DNA from: Geosiphon pyriformis uo1
Taxonomy: Eukaryota; Fungi; Glomeromycota
Assembly: GCA_016748015.1 (NCBI GenBank)
Contig: JAAOMT010000776.1
Location: 555,496-619,495 of the forward strand
Length of the DNA: 64,000 nt
Direction of reading: 5' to 3'
Position numbers and translations under genes: made by a program. Below are positions 40,674-54,239 of the stretch, one piece after another. Below the pieces are notes generated by a model. That model did not search any database and was not told the DNA's origin. It worked only from the letters and a program-made list of their open reading frames with translations. Each line of letters starts with the position of its first letter. The stretch's first letter is position 1.

Positions 40674-43600
40674 TAAGCCCCTATATAAACAGAAGCTTTA
40701 TTATCAAAACCAGAAAAAAACAAGCAATTGTTTGGCAAAATTAACATCTATTGTGATAATATCTGTTTGTTTTAGGTAAACAAAAACCAAAACTAACTTC
40801 AAAAAAATCATTAATACCAATTAATCTAACCATATCATTCAATAAAACCAGTACTGAGCTAACAAATACTATAGGCACTATCTCTAAATTACTAATTAAA
40901 TTGTCTCTCTTCATATCTACTCTAAATCTAAACTTGAATTCCCACAACTCAGAATAGTATTGTATACTCAAATCATGTACGAAATTGACCAAGATCTGGA
41001 AAGTCTTCTTATAATTTTCAAAAATCTATACTGTTTCTTTAAACTACTCCACAAGCATAAAGTCCTTACAAAAAAGTTCATATCAACTGATATCAAATAA
41101 ACATAAGAGAAGAGATTTCACAACTATAGAAAAGATAAGAAGATGAAAACTAATTAGAGACTTCCAAACTGAAATATGCTTAAACAAAATTATCTTACAG
41201 AAAACAAACTTCTTACAACATATGAACACATGATCAGAAAACTTAATCTCTTCACAATGTAAACATAAAACACCAAAATAATATTTGTCATAAAGCCTTT
41301 TTCTAACAGCAACAGGCAGCCTTTCATAGACAGCTTTCATAAAATAAGTATGCAAGCCAGCTGAAATTCTGCTTATAGACTCTAACAGCATGTATAAATC
41401 TGAATGCCAAACTGCTACAGTATAGATTTAATTAATATTATAAACCAAAAAACCATCTAAAACTCTGGAACCAAGACCAATTTTTCAATGTACACAATTC
41501 ACTAACCTAAAAATGTCTTAAACAAAATAACAAACATTACTGGAAACTAGCAAACTATTAGCCACAATAAAGCATTCACACACATTAGTTGGTAGCAACA
41601 AAGAAAAATGAGCAGCTACCCTTGTTAAAGCATCTATGTAAACATTACTCAAAACTCTTGAATAGTTTTTGATCTTTGACCAGACCACAGAAATGTTCTT
41701 ATTAATAATCAAATTTGCAATATGTTTCCTTTCTATCCAACAACTACTATGAAAATTGGAACCAGACAACTCCAATTTTGAGACACATGCATCTAATACA
41801 GCTTAACTGTTCAAACACACCATCATTAAACAAAAAAAAAGCACACATTCCAAAGCCAAAGCAACAGCCTATAATTCAGCTATCATAGAAGACAAAAGCC
41901 CATTAACTCTAACTTCAATGTTCAAATTAATCTTAGGAAAAAATGCAGCAGCACTCCCAGTCATATTAACAAAACTGAGCTTTTTCAAAAAACCATTCAT
42001 ATAAACAATAAAAGTATTTGATCAGATTTCAAGCAAACCATTCTTAATATCAAAAAACTGACCAGATAACAAAACATTATTAAATCTAATACAAAATTCT
42101 TGTTAAAAAATGCTGATATGAGCACAGAATCACATAAAAACTTTGACACCAAATCTCTTTAAGAAACTAACACAATTATAATACAATAATAGCTCCAAAA
42201 CACTCAAAACAAGAAATCTGCCAAGACAAAGAAAAGCACAAGGCAAATTGTTCACTATAAAAATACTATTATTCAAAAAAACATGCATAATTTTAGCCAA
42301 AAAATTGTTTGAAAGATTAACACACAACTGTACTGAATATTGTAAAAGATTCGGAGAAGCCCAGCCCAAAACCTGCAAATCCAAAAATCTGTGCTTAAAA
42401 AGCCAACCAAAAATCCCAGAAGTATTAGCAAAAATAACAACTGAAGCTGACTTCTCTTCAGCCTGAATTTGCTCAAATGTTTTTAGATCATATAATAACA
42501 AATAATATAGCATTTTATTCAGAGAATTACAGAACAGCTCAACTTTTGACTTAAAACTTTTTTTAACCAAAGCATCTCAATGTCAATAAACAACAGAAAG
42601 AATAAAACTGAACTGAATACAGTAGTTAATAATAAACTGCAGAACTGCTAAGACCAAATACAAAAACTGCTTATCTGAAATAGCCTTTTTCAACACCATA
42701 TTAGAAAAAAACTTAACATCAGACTGAGTCTTAGCCAAACTGAGCTTGGATAAACCATCAGTAAACAAAAAGATATTCAAGTATCTGTAAAGTACACTAC
42801 ACTTGGCAATTGAAATAGGGGACTTACTAATTCTGAGAACTGTATTTTTAACTTTTCTATTAATAAGAATAACAACTGTTTTGTCATTATTGATTGAAAT
42901 GTCATTAATTAAGAAAAACTCACTGACAATGTCCAATATAAATTGTGTAGCAGCTTGACTATTCTTAACCCAGATAGTATTATTCACAAAAGCTTTAGTT
43001 GCAAAAAAAGAAATTATTCCATCCACATTATTAATTCTCCTTGTCTTGGCCACAAATTTGGTATCAATCCAGTAATCACATACACTCTTCTGTTTTTTGA
43101 TTTCACACAAAAAGAGGTCATAAAAAATTCACCAAAAAAGGGGAAAAAACACCTCACCTTAATCAAGATTATTAAACATCTAATACTCATTCGAAAGACC
43201 AAAATCTGTTATAACTCTGTTCAATTTATTCTCATAAATCCCACCAAAAAACTTAATGAATTTCTTACACATTTTAATATGCTGCAAATTAGCTCTCAAG
43301 TAATACCAATCAACTAAATCATATGCCTTGTGTATATCCTGCAAAACCAACCAAACTTTTTTGTTTTTTTCTAAAGCATCTTCAACTACTGAACCAACTG
43401 CAAAAATAGGAGACTGTGTTAAAGTATCTTTTAAAACAGAGAAATTATCTTTATAAAAAACACTAAATTTACTGCAGATAAAAGAAATTTGATTCAAGAG
43501 AATTTTAGAAAAAATCTTATGAGCAGTCTTAACTAAAGCAATAGAATGAGTATTTGTCAAGATGTTATCTTATTTGTAAGGTTTGAGTATTATTAAAATT

Positions 43601-45104
43601 TATGCTCTTTTCTATAAAATCAGAACAACATCCAACTTTAAACACAAATTCAAAAGATCCAAAAAACTTTTAAAAATGTTGTCATTATAATGTTTTTATA
43701 ATTTATTAAAAATATCACTGAAACCAGCAGCTTTCCTATCTGGTAAGTGTCTGACAACTTGAACCAACTCATTAAAACTAATAATATCTATAATACCAGA
43801 GAAAACATTATTATTTACATGCTGTAAAAAGGCATACTAGTGGGCCCAAAGATCAGACAAAGACTCAGAAACTGAATGCTTCTTAATTCACCCCTCCATT
43901 ATAGCATCAATCTTAAATTTAATATCATCAGAATTCAAAACCAGCTCATTATCAACAATTAAATAATTAAGAACCACTTTATAAAATGGCTTATCCAATA
44001 TACTCTTGATCATATGGCCTTTGTTTGAGCAGAAATTTTCTATTCTTCTATTAATAGCATATCTAATAGCAACAGATTTAGCAGTCTTAGATTTATGTAT
44101 CTTAAAACAATAGTAACTTTTCCTAAATCTGGACAAGCAACTAAAAATGTCCATATTGTTGGTGCTATTATTTAACATATACTGAATCTCAAAAGTCTTG
44201 ACTTTATTAGTGATTAACCAAACACCAAGAAATGAATTAGTTCTAAAAAAATTACCATATTGAAGAGACTTAACTATTTTGACAACCAGCAGTTTCAGCT
44301 TGAAAAACTTAAAAAATTGTCTGTTGAAAGAACATTTGACATTACAAAACCAATGTTTAGAAAAAACATTATTAGCCAAATCTATCATCACCTTCTTTAG
44401 CAAATTCCACATAGTATCAAAATTTCTATCAGTATTTGCAAATGAAAATTTACCAACTACAGAAAAAAACTTAACAGAAACACACTTTTTGAAACAAGCC
44501 CATTTGGGAGTATCTGCACCAGCAATTTTAAATTTCTAACAATCTTTATTAGCTTATTTGTGCAAACTATTCAAATGAAAATTCAAAAGTCCATCCAAAC
44601 CAATTGATATCATAAGAATTTTGTAATCAGTATTGAAGAAATCAGAAGCAGAAACAACTCCATGATTAGCAATCACTAATAATAGATACTTACTAACAAA
44701 AATGTAATCAATAATCTTCTCAACTCTTTTTAAATTGTTCCACATGGAAGTCTTGGTCAAATAATGACCACCAAGTGAATTAACCAAACTCAGATCCAAG
44801 CAGAATTGAAAGCTCACACTTTTATTAGAACTATTCTCATTAAAATTCTCACCCAAGACCACAAAAATGCTAGCATTAACTGTTCTTGCAATAAAAAAAT
44901 TAATTTCAACTGTCTGACCAAACCTAGTTTCAGCAGAGACATCAGCATACAAGCCTAAAATTGTGACCAAAAGCTTGTCCTTCAAAAAAAGCTGAACTGA
45001 AATAACATAACTAGGCACTTTCTCAATCTTAGAAACATATTAAGCCAGGAAATTGTTTATAATAATTGCCATTCCAGCACCAAGAAAACTTTTATTCAAA
45101 CCAG
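40674..45104 (-). pseudogene. LINE-B ORF2 (C-part of EN, RT, RNase H, zinc finger)
   Basis: IDYIFVS, QDIHKAYD, AFVNNTIW (eroded FVDD), CLHCEEIKFSDHVFIC. Confidence 0.88.
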
Positions 45105-45917
45105 TATTACAGATGATTATTTGGGATCTCAAATCAAATAACAAATCTATAACTTAGTGCTTAATATTTTGACAATACTGGTAATACTGGTATGTTGGTT
45201 GTATCTGAAGGTTTTAGAGTTGAGTCTTTTGTATAATGGACAGAGATTCAATGACAATGTAGTTGGTTGGTGAATTGTGTTCCCAATTTCTGTCTTCAAC
45301 TTAGTGGCCAGTTTATTCTGGCAGTCATGCCCTTCTGGTAAGCTATCTATTAATATATATATAATTTTACTCTTATTTCTGGGTCTTTTACTAGGCTATC
45401 CATGACATCAATTACTCAGTGCTTTAATCCTTAATCAGTTAGTATACGATAGTAAAAATCAAAGAAAGAAATAAATAAAAGAAAATAAAAAAAAAAGCCA
45501 AGGTAATGTGTATGTTATTATCTCATCAATAGCCATAATTAAGAGCTATTGTTCCAGTGTGGTTAGGTATCAATTATTATTAACATAAAGTGTTGATAGT
45601 AGAGAGTGGATTTGGATAGTAAATGATTTATTTATTTAATATTTGTGGATGGAAGATTTCTAACTTAAGAATTCTCTCTTTTTCTATTTCTAATACTACT
45701 ATTATATATACATAATTGATGTTCTATAAGATTACTCATATTCCCAAGCAATGTGCTATAATTTCTTGAGCAATGCTCACATTGCTCTATATTGCTGAGC
45801 AATGTGTTGTGATTTCTATTATTGTTCTATATTGCTAAGCAATATGCTTATATGCTACATACTATTCACTCATTGGTCTACTATTCTCTATATCTGTTTT
45901 TCTTTTTATGAGTAACA
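45105..45917 (-). repeat. G3 3' LTR (813 bp)
   Basis: TATTAC (eroded TGTTAC)...GAGTAACA. Confidence 0.93.
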
Positions 45918-45924
45918 TTATCTT

Positions 45925-46567
45925 CTCTTTTTTAATATTGAGCTCTGTCAAAATCTTCATTTTGAATTAGCTTTAATATTTCTTTTTCTAATATTGTTTG
46001 TTTGACTTTATTTTTCACATCTTCTACTTGTACATTGTTTATTCTTCCCCATTGGTTAATGGTTATGGTTTCTATGTTAGAGTGTAATAGTATTTTTGGA
46101 TAGTTCTAAAATATATTGTGCAGTCAATAAATTGTTCTCACATGTAGTATTGAGTTTGTCTTTTTTCTAATAAATTCTTCAATTTGCTGTATTATGTTTT
46201 GGTTAAATATCCTCTTGGATTTGTCAATATACAACTCTTGAATATTCAACTTTCGACCTAACTGGTAATAATAATACAATATTAGAAGTTGTTCTGTCTA
46301 TTGCTTCTAATTCTCTTTTGTAAGTTCTTCTGTTGGTGCCATAATAGATATTTTTCCAAAAGTGTTCTTTACTTTTTCTATTATTTTATCTGACCAGTTT
46401 TTATCATTCTTTGGTAACCGCTAATATGGTGTATTCTTTGTTTTTTTTTTGGTGTTTTGATAGCAAATTGTTTGGTTGTTAATGATAATTTCCATGTCTA
46501 AGGGTTGTTGACTTAAGGCCTAGAATAATTGTTGAGCTATGATGTGAATATGATCTGGTATTTCCAT
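45925..46567 (-). pseudogene. G3 accessory ORF3 (frameshifted)
   Basis: MEIPDHIHIIAQQLF*ALSQQPLDMEIIINNQTI...YYYYQLGRKL...YPKILLHSNIETITINQWGRINNVQV. Confidence 0.72.
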
Positions 46568-46631
46568 TTTTTTTCTTGGTTGCTTTTGTTGTATATACTG
46601 TGTCTTTATATACTCTTTTATTGTTTGATTT

Positions 46632-49600
46632 TATGTGTTTGGTCCAATGATTATGATTGGTTCTAAATCTTATGGAATCTCCTCTGGTTGAACTAGTATT
46701 TGTTGTACTCCCAATTGTGGAATGTTATTGATAGATGATGATGCTATTTGGTGATATGGTTTCAGTTGATCACTATGTACTGCTTTGGTTAAGATTTTGT
46801 TGTCTTATCTTAATTTATAAGCTCCATTTCCAAGAATTTTTTCTATGTAAAATGGTCTGTCTCATTTGGGATCAAATTTTCTATTCCATTGTTTTTTCAC
46901 TTTGGTACGATATAGAAATACTTTGTCTCCAATCTTGAATTCAACTGGTTAACTGGTAATTGGTTATTGTGTTATTTTTTTTGCTTTTTTTGAGACTTTT
47001 GAATGTTATCAGCTGCTTTTCGTTGTTTGTTTTCTAGTGTTTCCATTATGTTATATGTTTTTCTTAACAATGTTTCTTGGAAATTAGCTTCTGTTATTAA
47101 TTCAATTGAATATGTGTTGATCTCTATCTCAACTGGTAATGTTGCTGTTCTATCATATACTAATTCAAATGGTGTTGTTTGTATAGTATTTTGTTTTATT
47201 GTTTGATAAGCAAATAATACTGATGGTATAAACAAATCCCATTTATTTTGGTTTTCTTGACTGATTTTGGCAATTGTTTCACACAATGTTCTATTGAATC
47301 TTTCAACTAGTCCATTGGTTTGTGGATAATATGGTGATGATAATGGTTTTTTTATTCCAAATCTCTGACTTAATTCTGTTAATGTTTTATTCATGAAATA
47401 AGTTCCTTGATCTGATAGTAGTTCTTTTGAATATCTGTGTCAACATATCAAATGTTGATGGATGAATTTGGCAATGGATTCTGCATCTGCTTTTTGAATG
47501 GCTTTTGCTTCTGGCCATTTTGTAAGATAGTCTATAGCTACTGCAATATATCTGTTGCTTCTATTGGTGATTGTTAATGGTCCAACTAAGTCAATTTCAA
47601 TGCAATTAAATGGTTGTCTTACTTTGATTGGTCTTAATGGTTTACTGGATTTTGTTCCACCTTTTCTTTGACAAGCATTACAACTTTAAACATATTGGAT
47701 TATGTCTGAATACATTAATGGCCAATAGTATCTTTTTCTGGTTTTTTTTATGATTGCTTCTTTATGAAAATGTCCTGCTGTTGGATCTGAATACATGTTA
47801 AACAATATTGTTTTTTTTTTGATTCTGTAATTACTCTGATTGGTTGGTCTGAATTTCTTCTGTTTTTCCAGTAAAATATATTTTGATAATTAATAAAATA
47901 TTTTGATTGCTGTTTTATGTTGTTTTGTTCTTTTTGAGATAATTTTTCCTTGAACAATTGAGTATTTATATAATGCTAGAGTTGTTGATATTTTTGTGTG
48001 TTCATCTTTTGTTATATTTTTTGGGTTGAAATGTTTTTAGATTTGTCTCATTCATAACAATTTGTTGGCATTTTCATTGTTTTTTTTCTTTTTATAATAT
48101 ACTGTATAATTAAATGATGAAAATTCTATTTTCCATCTGGCATGGTAATTGTCTGCAAATTTTTGTTTCTGGATTGAAGTCAATTCTTTGTGATCCATAT
48201 ATATTTCAAACTTTTGGCTCAAGTATTCTCTCTATTTGATGATAGTCCAATAGATTGCTAAGTGTTCCAGTACTGGAGTTCCATAATTCTTTTTAGCTGA
48301 ACTTAAACTTCTACTGGCATAAGCTACTGGATGCTCTTTTTCATTGGGTTTTTTCTATGATAGCACTGCTTCCAATGCTTGACTTGATGAATCAGTAGTA
48401 ATGATGAATGGTTTGTTGTGATTTGAATACATCAATACTAAAGCTTGGATAAGCTTTTTTCTTAATGTGTCAAATGCTTCTTGTTGAGCTTCAGTCCATT
48501 TATACTTCACATTCTTGGTTTGTAGATGGTGAAATGGCTGAGCTAGTTTAGAAAAGTCCTTGATGAAGTGGCAATAGTAGTCTGCAAATCCCAAAAATGC
48601 TCTTAGTTTTAACAAGTTGGCTGGTACTGGAAAATTCTTAACTACTTTGATCTTGTCTGGATCTGTTTTGATTCCATCTTTGCTCATCACATGTCTCAAA
48701 AACTTGAATTCAGTTTTTTCAAAGAAACATTTGATTGCATTTAGTTTCAATCCAGTTCTTCTTAACTTTTCAAATACTTGTTGGAGATGATGCAAATGAT
48801 CATCAAATGTTTTTGAGAACACATTGGTGTTATCCAAGTATACAACTACTGATTTCCATAGTAATCCAGTATAGACAATTTCCATGAGCCATTGGAATGT
48901 TGCTGGAGCATTCATCAAGCCAAATGGCATGACTTCAAACTCAAAATTGCTTTCTCTTGTGGTAAATGCTGTTTTTTCTTTGTCAGCTGGATCCATAGCT
49001 ACTTGTTAGTAACCACTATCTAAGTCCAGTGTTGAGAATTATTTATTTCCTCCAAAAGCATTGAATAGTTCTTGGATTTTTGAAGTTGGATAGCTATCAC
49101 TTTTTGTTACTCCATTCAATTTCTGGTAGTTTATACAAAAACGGATTTTTCTATTCTTCTTACAAACTAGTACTACTGGTGATGACTATGGATTCATTGA
49201 TGGCTGAATTAGCCTGTTGTTAAGCATTCAGTTGATTTCTTGATGAATGATCTTATGGCTAGCTGGTGGTACTCTGTATGCTCTTTGTTTAATTGGCATT
49301 GCATTTTCAGTCTTGATCTGATGCTGGATAATATTGATTCGGCCAAATTCATTTTTGCTAGCAAAGATGTCATTGAAATTATTAAGTAACATCTTGAGTT
49401 ACATCCATTAAAGTAGATCTAGATTTCCCATGTTCATCTGTTCTAATTGTTCTGGTTGGAGCAAATAATATTTATTTCGTCCATAGATGGTTTGTAATAT
49501 AATGTCCACATATTTGCAAAGCTGTGGAAAATCTGGAATGTGATTTGGTGGTTGATCTTCAACTTTAGTGGTCAAATATTCAATAATAGTTTCCTTTGGT

Positions 49601-52053
49601 ATTTTAATAACACTTCCAGTTGTGTTGTAGATGGGAATTTTGATGTTTTTGGGACTTTTGGCTAATATGTAAAGATTAGTGAGTCCAATCTCTCCTGATT
49701 CACAAATGGTGGCTTCTGCTTCAAACAACTGAGCCTGATTCTTTACTTCTCTTTTTATAGGTAACATATACTGGTCATATAGTGGAATAGAAATTGATTG
49801 ATGGATTGAGATAATTTCTCCTTTGTCAATAACCTTTTCCTTCGCCATATTAACTGGTATGTCTATTCTACTCATAGATTCAAATCTCTGTATCCCTCTA
49901 GCAATAATCTCTAATTCTTCCCTGTTTCCTACTGACACTAATTGAGCTATTTTTACCAAAGGTAGGAATATTGCTTGTGTTATCTTTTTGTTTGGCTCTA
50001 TAATATAGGTCTTTTCAGAGTCATTTTGTAGCATAGCAATAATATTTCCTACATACTCTGCATCAATTATTTCTCCTCTGATGTTGATTCCTTTTTTTGC
50101 TAGGCTACTCCTAGATGCTAATTGAACCATAGTTGTTGCTAGAATTTTCAGAGCTATTTTGAGATCAATACATGTGCACAAATTTGGTTCCAATTTGATG
50201 GCTTCTTTTCCCGAATATTTCAGATCAAACTCTGTGTCAGTATTATGTGTGTGTTCTAGCATGATATCTTCATTATTGTTATTATACTATTTGAGTTTCT
50301 GCTCTTTAGATAGATCAGGAAGTGCAATATATATTTTGGGGTTTGAATTGGAGTCTGAATCACTGATATTTTTGTTGTCATTTTGAGTGGAGCTGGAACC
50401 ATTATTTTCATCATCGTTATTGCCAGAGTTTGAATTGGAATTGAAAATTGATTCTGATTCCAATGCACAGTTGTTGATTGGTTCTTCTTCTTTTGGGATT
50501 GTGTAAATCATGCATGATGGTAGATTGTAAATGAGGTCACATTTATTACAATATTGAAAGTCACATGGAATCAAACAGTGGTCACATAGTCAAGTGTTAA
50601 TTTCTTCCAAGCGTTGCTCCTGCTCTTCTTTTATAGGTGCTAGCTCTTGATAATGTTCATAAAATTGTTTTGGATCTAGGAGATTTATAACTGGTTCTGG
50701 GTCTCAGTTGAGTTTTATAGGTTCAGGTGAGTTATTTTTAATTGTTTTTATCTCTTCTGGTATTACTCCTTCAATTTTGGCGAGTACCATTCACCAGATT
50801 TTGTTATTGTCATGTAGACATCCATCCAGATGTTTGATGGCTGATCTTCAGGCAGTGTCTATGGACATTCCTTTTCTCATCCAGTTGCTTATGAGAATTG
50901 TGTATTGACACAATTTATTGCATGTTCCTCCTTGCCCAGGAATGTTGTTTCACATTCCTTCATCCAGAAAAGTTTTTCCACAAGCCAAGCATGGTTCATT
51001 GTTCCATTTCCCAACCCATTTTGGCCTTTTAAAGTGTTCAATGATGCATGGGTGGCAGTAAAATTTTGTTGTCAAAGTGTACTCCTCATCATCTTTACAA
51101 CAAGTGCCCATTAATGACAATTTTTTGTTGCAATTAACACATACCAGTTTTGAGCAGTGATAAGTAAATCAGTAGGATATAGTGTAGGAATTATAAGTGG
51201 GATTGCTGTCGGTTGTTGGTTTTTCTTCCTTCTCCTTTCCTTTTTCCTTTTTGTCTTCTTTTTATTCCCAATTTATTTGTTCTTCCTGGTTGTTGTCAGT
51301 TTCCTAGGCTTGGTTGGCTTTTTAGATAAGTTTTTCACTCTGCTTTTTTTTGCTGTTGTCATTCCATGAAGATACTGGTGGCAGCTTATTGTGTTCAGTG
51401 TCAGCCCAGAAAACTTGGTAGGCTTTCCAAGTAGGTTTTTTCTCCTCTTTTTCAAATTCGATAAGTGGGGTTGTTGAGTTAATGGTCTTGAAATGACCAT
51501 ACATGGCTGGTACATGTGTGTGTTGGCCGTTCTGGCTAATTTGAAGCTTCTGCATATTCCAATCAAGCAATGCATTGGTTTTGGATAGCCAATCATTCCT
51601 CATGAGTGCTTGGTATTGGGTGGCTTCCATAACCAGTACTTTGATTGGGACCATAATACTGTTGACTTTGATGAAAAAGTTGTCAATCTTACCAATAAGA
51701 GTTTTTGTTGCTCCATCAGTGGTTATGATCCTGGCACTGACAGTGCAATCAACTCAGTGACCTAATTGGTCCATGAGTTGTTTTGTAATAATACTGCTTG
51801 CTGATCCACTGTCTAAGATCAGTTTGATGGAATGGTCATCAACTTTGGCATCAGTATACATGGTCATAATAGGTTTTTCTTCTAAAACAGCTCCACTAAA
51901 TAACAGCGTGGTCGACAGTTCTTCGAGTTTAAATGGGAAAATAGTGTCCAGTGATTCATTTTTGGTGATAGTAGCTGGTGGAATGTTGCTAATAAGTGTT
52001 GGTTGTTGATTGGTCTCCAGATTATTGAGTTGGGCATCTTCTGTGGTAACCAA
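46632..52053 (-). pseudogene. G3 pol: PR, Cys-rich domain, dUTPase (about 49870-50262), RT, RH, IN
   Basis: LILDSGSAS; FDLKY...RSSLAKKGINIRGEIIDAEYVG; MPFGLMNAPATF, VYLDN; YYPQTNGLVERFN. Confidence 0.93.
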
Positions 52054-52099
52054 GAAACTTAAATAGTTCTGGAAATTTGGGTTTTGGGCATACCTAGTG

Positions 52100-54177
52100 C
52101 CTGAATTCTGTTGTCAAGATCCTGCTGGTTGTGTGAAAGAACTGGGGATTAGTTGGTAAACAACCAATGACAATCTCTAGCTTTGTTGGGTCAATCTCAG
52201 CCTTTGGATTCCGTTTTAAGGTAAGTTTTGTGGTGGTGTTTGAATTTGTTGGGGCTGATAGATTATCTAAGGCTGCAGCTAATAAATGGGTTATGACTGT
52301 GGTTGATAAATTGTCAGTGTTATCAGTTGATAAATTGGTACTTAATATACTGGTGGATAATAAAGTGGCTGTTGGGTCATAGGTATGTAATTCTGATAAT
52401 ATAACTCTGAGTTTGGTAGATTATTCGGAATTTGAAACCAGTGATCGAGATTTCAATATTGATTTTCCGATTATTGGTTATTTAAGTGATGATGGCAATT
52501 AATTTGTAGGTGTCTTTGTTTACCACAATAGTGGCAAACATGCATTTCTTGTTGCCACTGTTGATTGGTCAATGATAATGGACATAACTGATTTTGGAAA
52601 CAATTTGCATTTCTGGAATTATTGTGTCATTGTGGTGGTTGATAAATTGCGCAATTGTCAGCTATAGTATCCCTCTAATTTCTGATTGATGGAATCACTA
52701 AATTGTTTCAATTTGGAATCCAATTCAGATAATCCATTCATTACTAGATTAATGGCTTGGGCATGGTTAGCTTCAAGTTCAACAGCTTCAAAATCTTGGG
52801 CATTTGTGATGGCTGCTTGCAGATTAATAGGATGCAATAAACATACACATTGCAGAATACTACTGCATAATCCATAAATAAACTGATTTAGGATCTGGGC
52901 CACTGTGAAATAATTGGTGTCAATGGCTTAGATCTGATGCAGATTCTTGTGGAAGTGTTCTAAGTAAGTAGTGACTGATTTATTTTCTCCTTGTTTGATG
53001 GTAGTGAATGTGTTTGCTAGCTTGTTAATGCTGTTATTGTTGTTGAAGTATTTTAAGAACTCAATTTTGAATGCATTGAAATCTTGGGGTTTGTTGATCA
53101 GGCTTTGGTACCATAAATTGGCAGTATTCTGTAGAAAATATGGGATGGCTTGCATGGCTCTGACATCATTTCATCCATTAGCTGCAATGGTTTTCTCCAC
53201 ATTATTTAGCCATACTTGGGCATTGTCCTCTTTGCCAGTGAATTTTTCGAGTTTGGCTATTGGTGTGTATGCCATTGGATCTAAGTTGGGTTGTGATTGC
53301 TGTTGAATTTGTTGTTGAGATAGCAGTTGTGGCTGTTGTTGCTGTTGGGCATTTGGTAAAGCTGGTGGTGAATTGATCACGATTACTGGAGGTAAGTACT
53401 GATTAATTACATTGGGGTTTTGATTATTCTGATTTTCCAGAGTTTGATTAACCAGAGTTTTAATTTCTGAATATTCTAGGATCAGGTTTTGCTTATTAAC
53501 TTCTTAATCACTACTCTCTTCTTCCTTAGAGTCAGTTATTTCCCAAGAACTAATGGTTCCAAAATCTGGTTGTGGTGGTGGTAATCAAATTCCTGATGGC
53601 ATTGGGAATTGTAATTTAAATTCCTTGAAATAATTGCCATATGTTCCTAATAACTCTGCCTTTTTTTTTGTTTACTTTGGAATAGGATTCTGTTTAGTGA
53701 TGTTGTCGTGCTTGTTGTAGCTGTGTTTATTATATTGATAGTGCTTCTGAGTGTGTAGTAATATGATGGATTAGCAGGTGAATCAAACCTTTGTTTCTTC
53801 CAAGTAAGTAGTTGGATTTGCTTTGGTGTTCCTGCTGGTGTTTGTAGCCTTCCTTTGCCTTTGTCTGCAAAAGTGATAGAAAATTTCTGTTTGGTGTATT
53901 TTTCAATTTCTCTGTTTATTTCTGTAATTAGGGGTGCAAATAGGTAATTTTGTGGAAGGGTAGTGCTTTGGAGTAATTCACTGAAGAAGTTGTTGAAGAC
54001 AAATTCTGGATCTTCTTGGCCTCCCAAGTAATATACTATTCTTTCGTTGACATAGCAATTAAAAGCTGATTTGGTTGGCCAACTATTATTTGTTAATCCG
54101 AGATGAGTGTGATAGTGTTGAAATAAGAATTTTGCAAATCCTAAATAGTTTGTTCCTATTTCTTCAGATTCTGCCAC
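52100..54177 (-). pseudogene. G3 gag
   Basis: MAYTPIAKLEKFTG, YFLQNTANLWY; knuckle CHYCGKQRHLQINC near 52500-52535. Confidence 0.85.
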
Positions 54178-54239
54178 TGTTTAGATGATTATGGTTGGTG
54201 CTGTTCTCTGTAGAATTATACCTCACAGGAAGCACCAAA

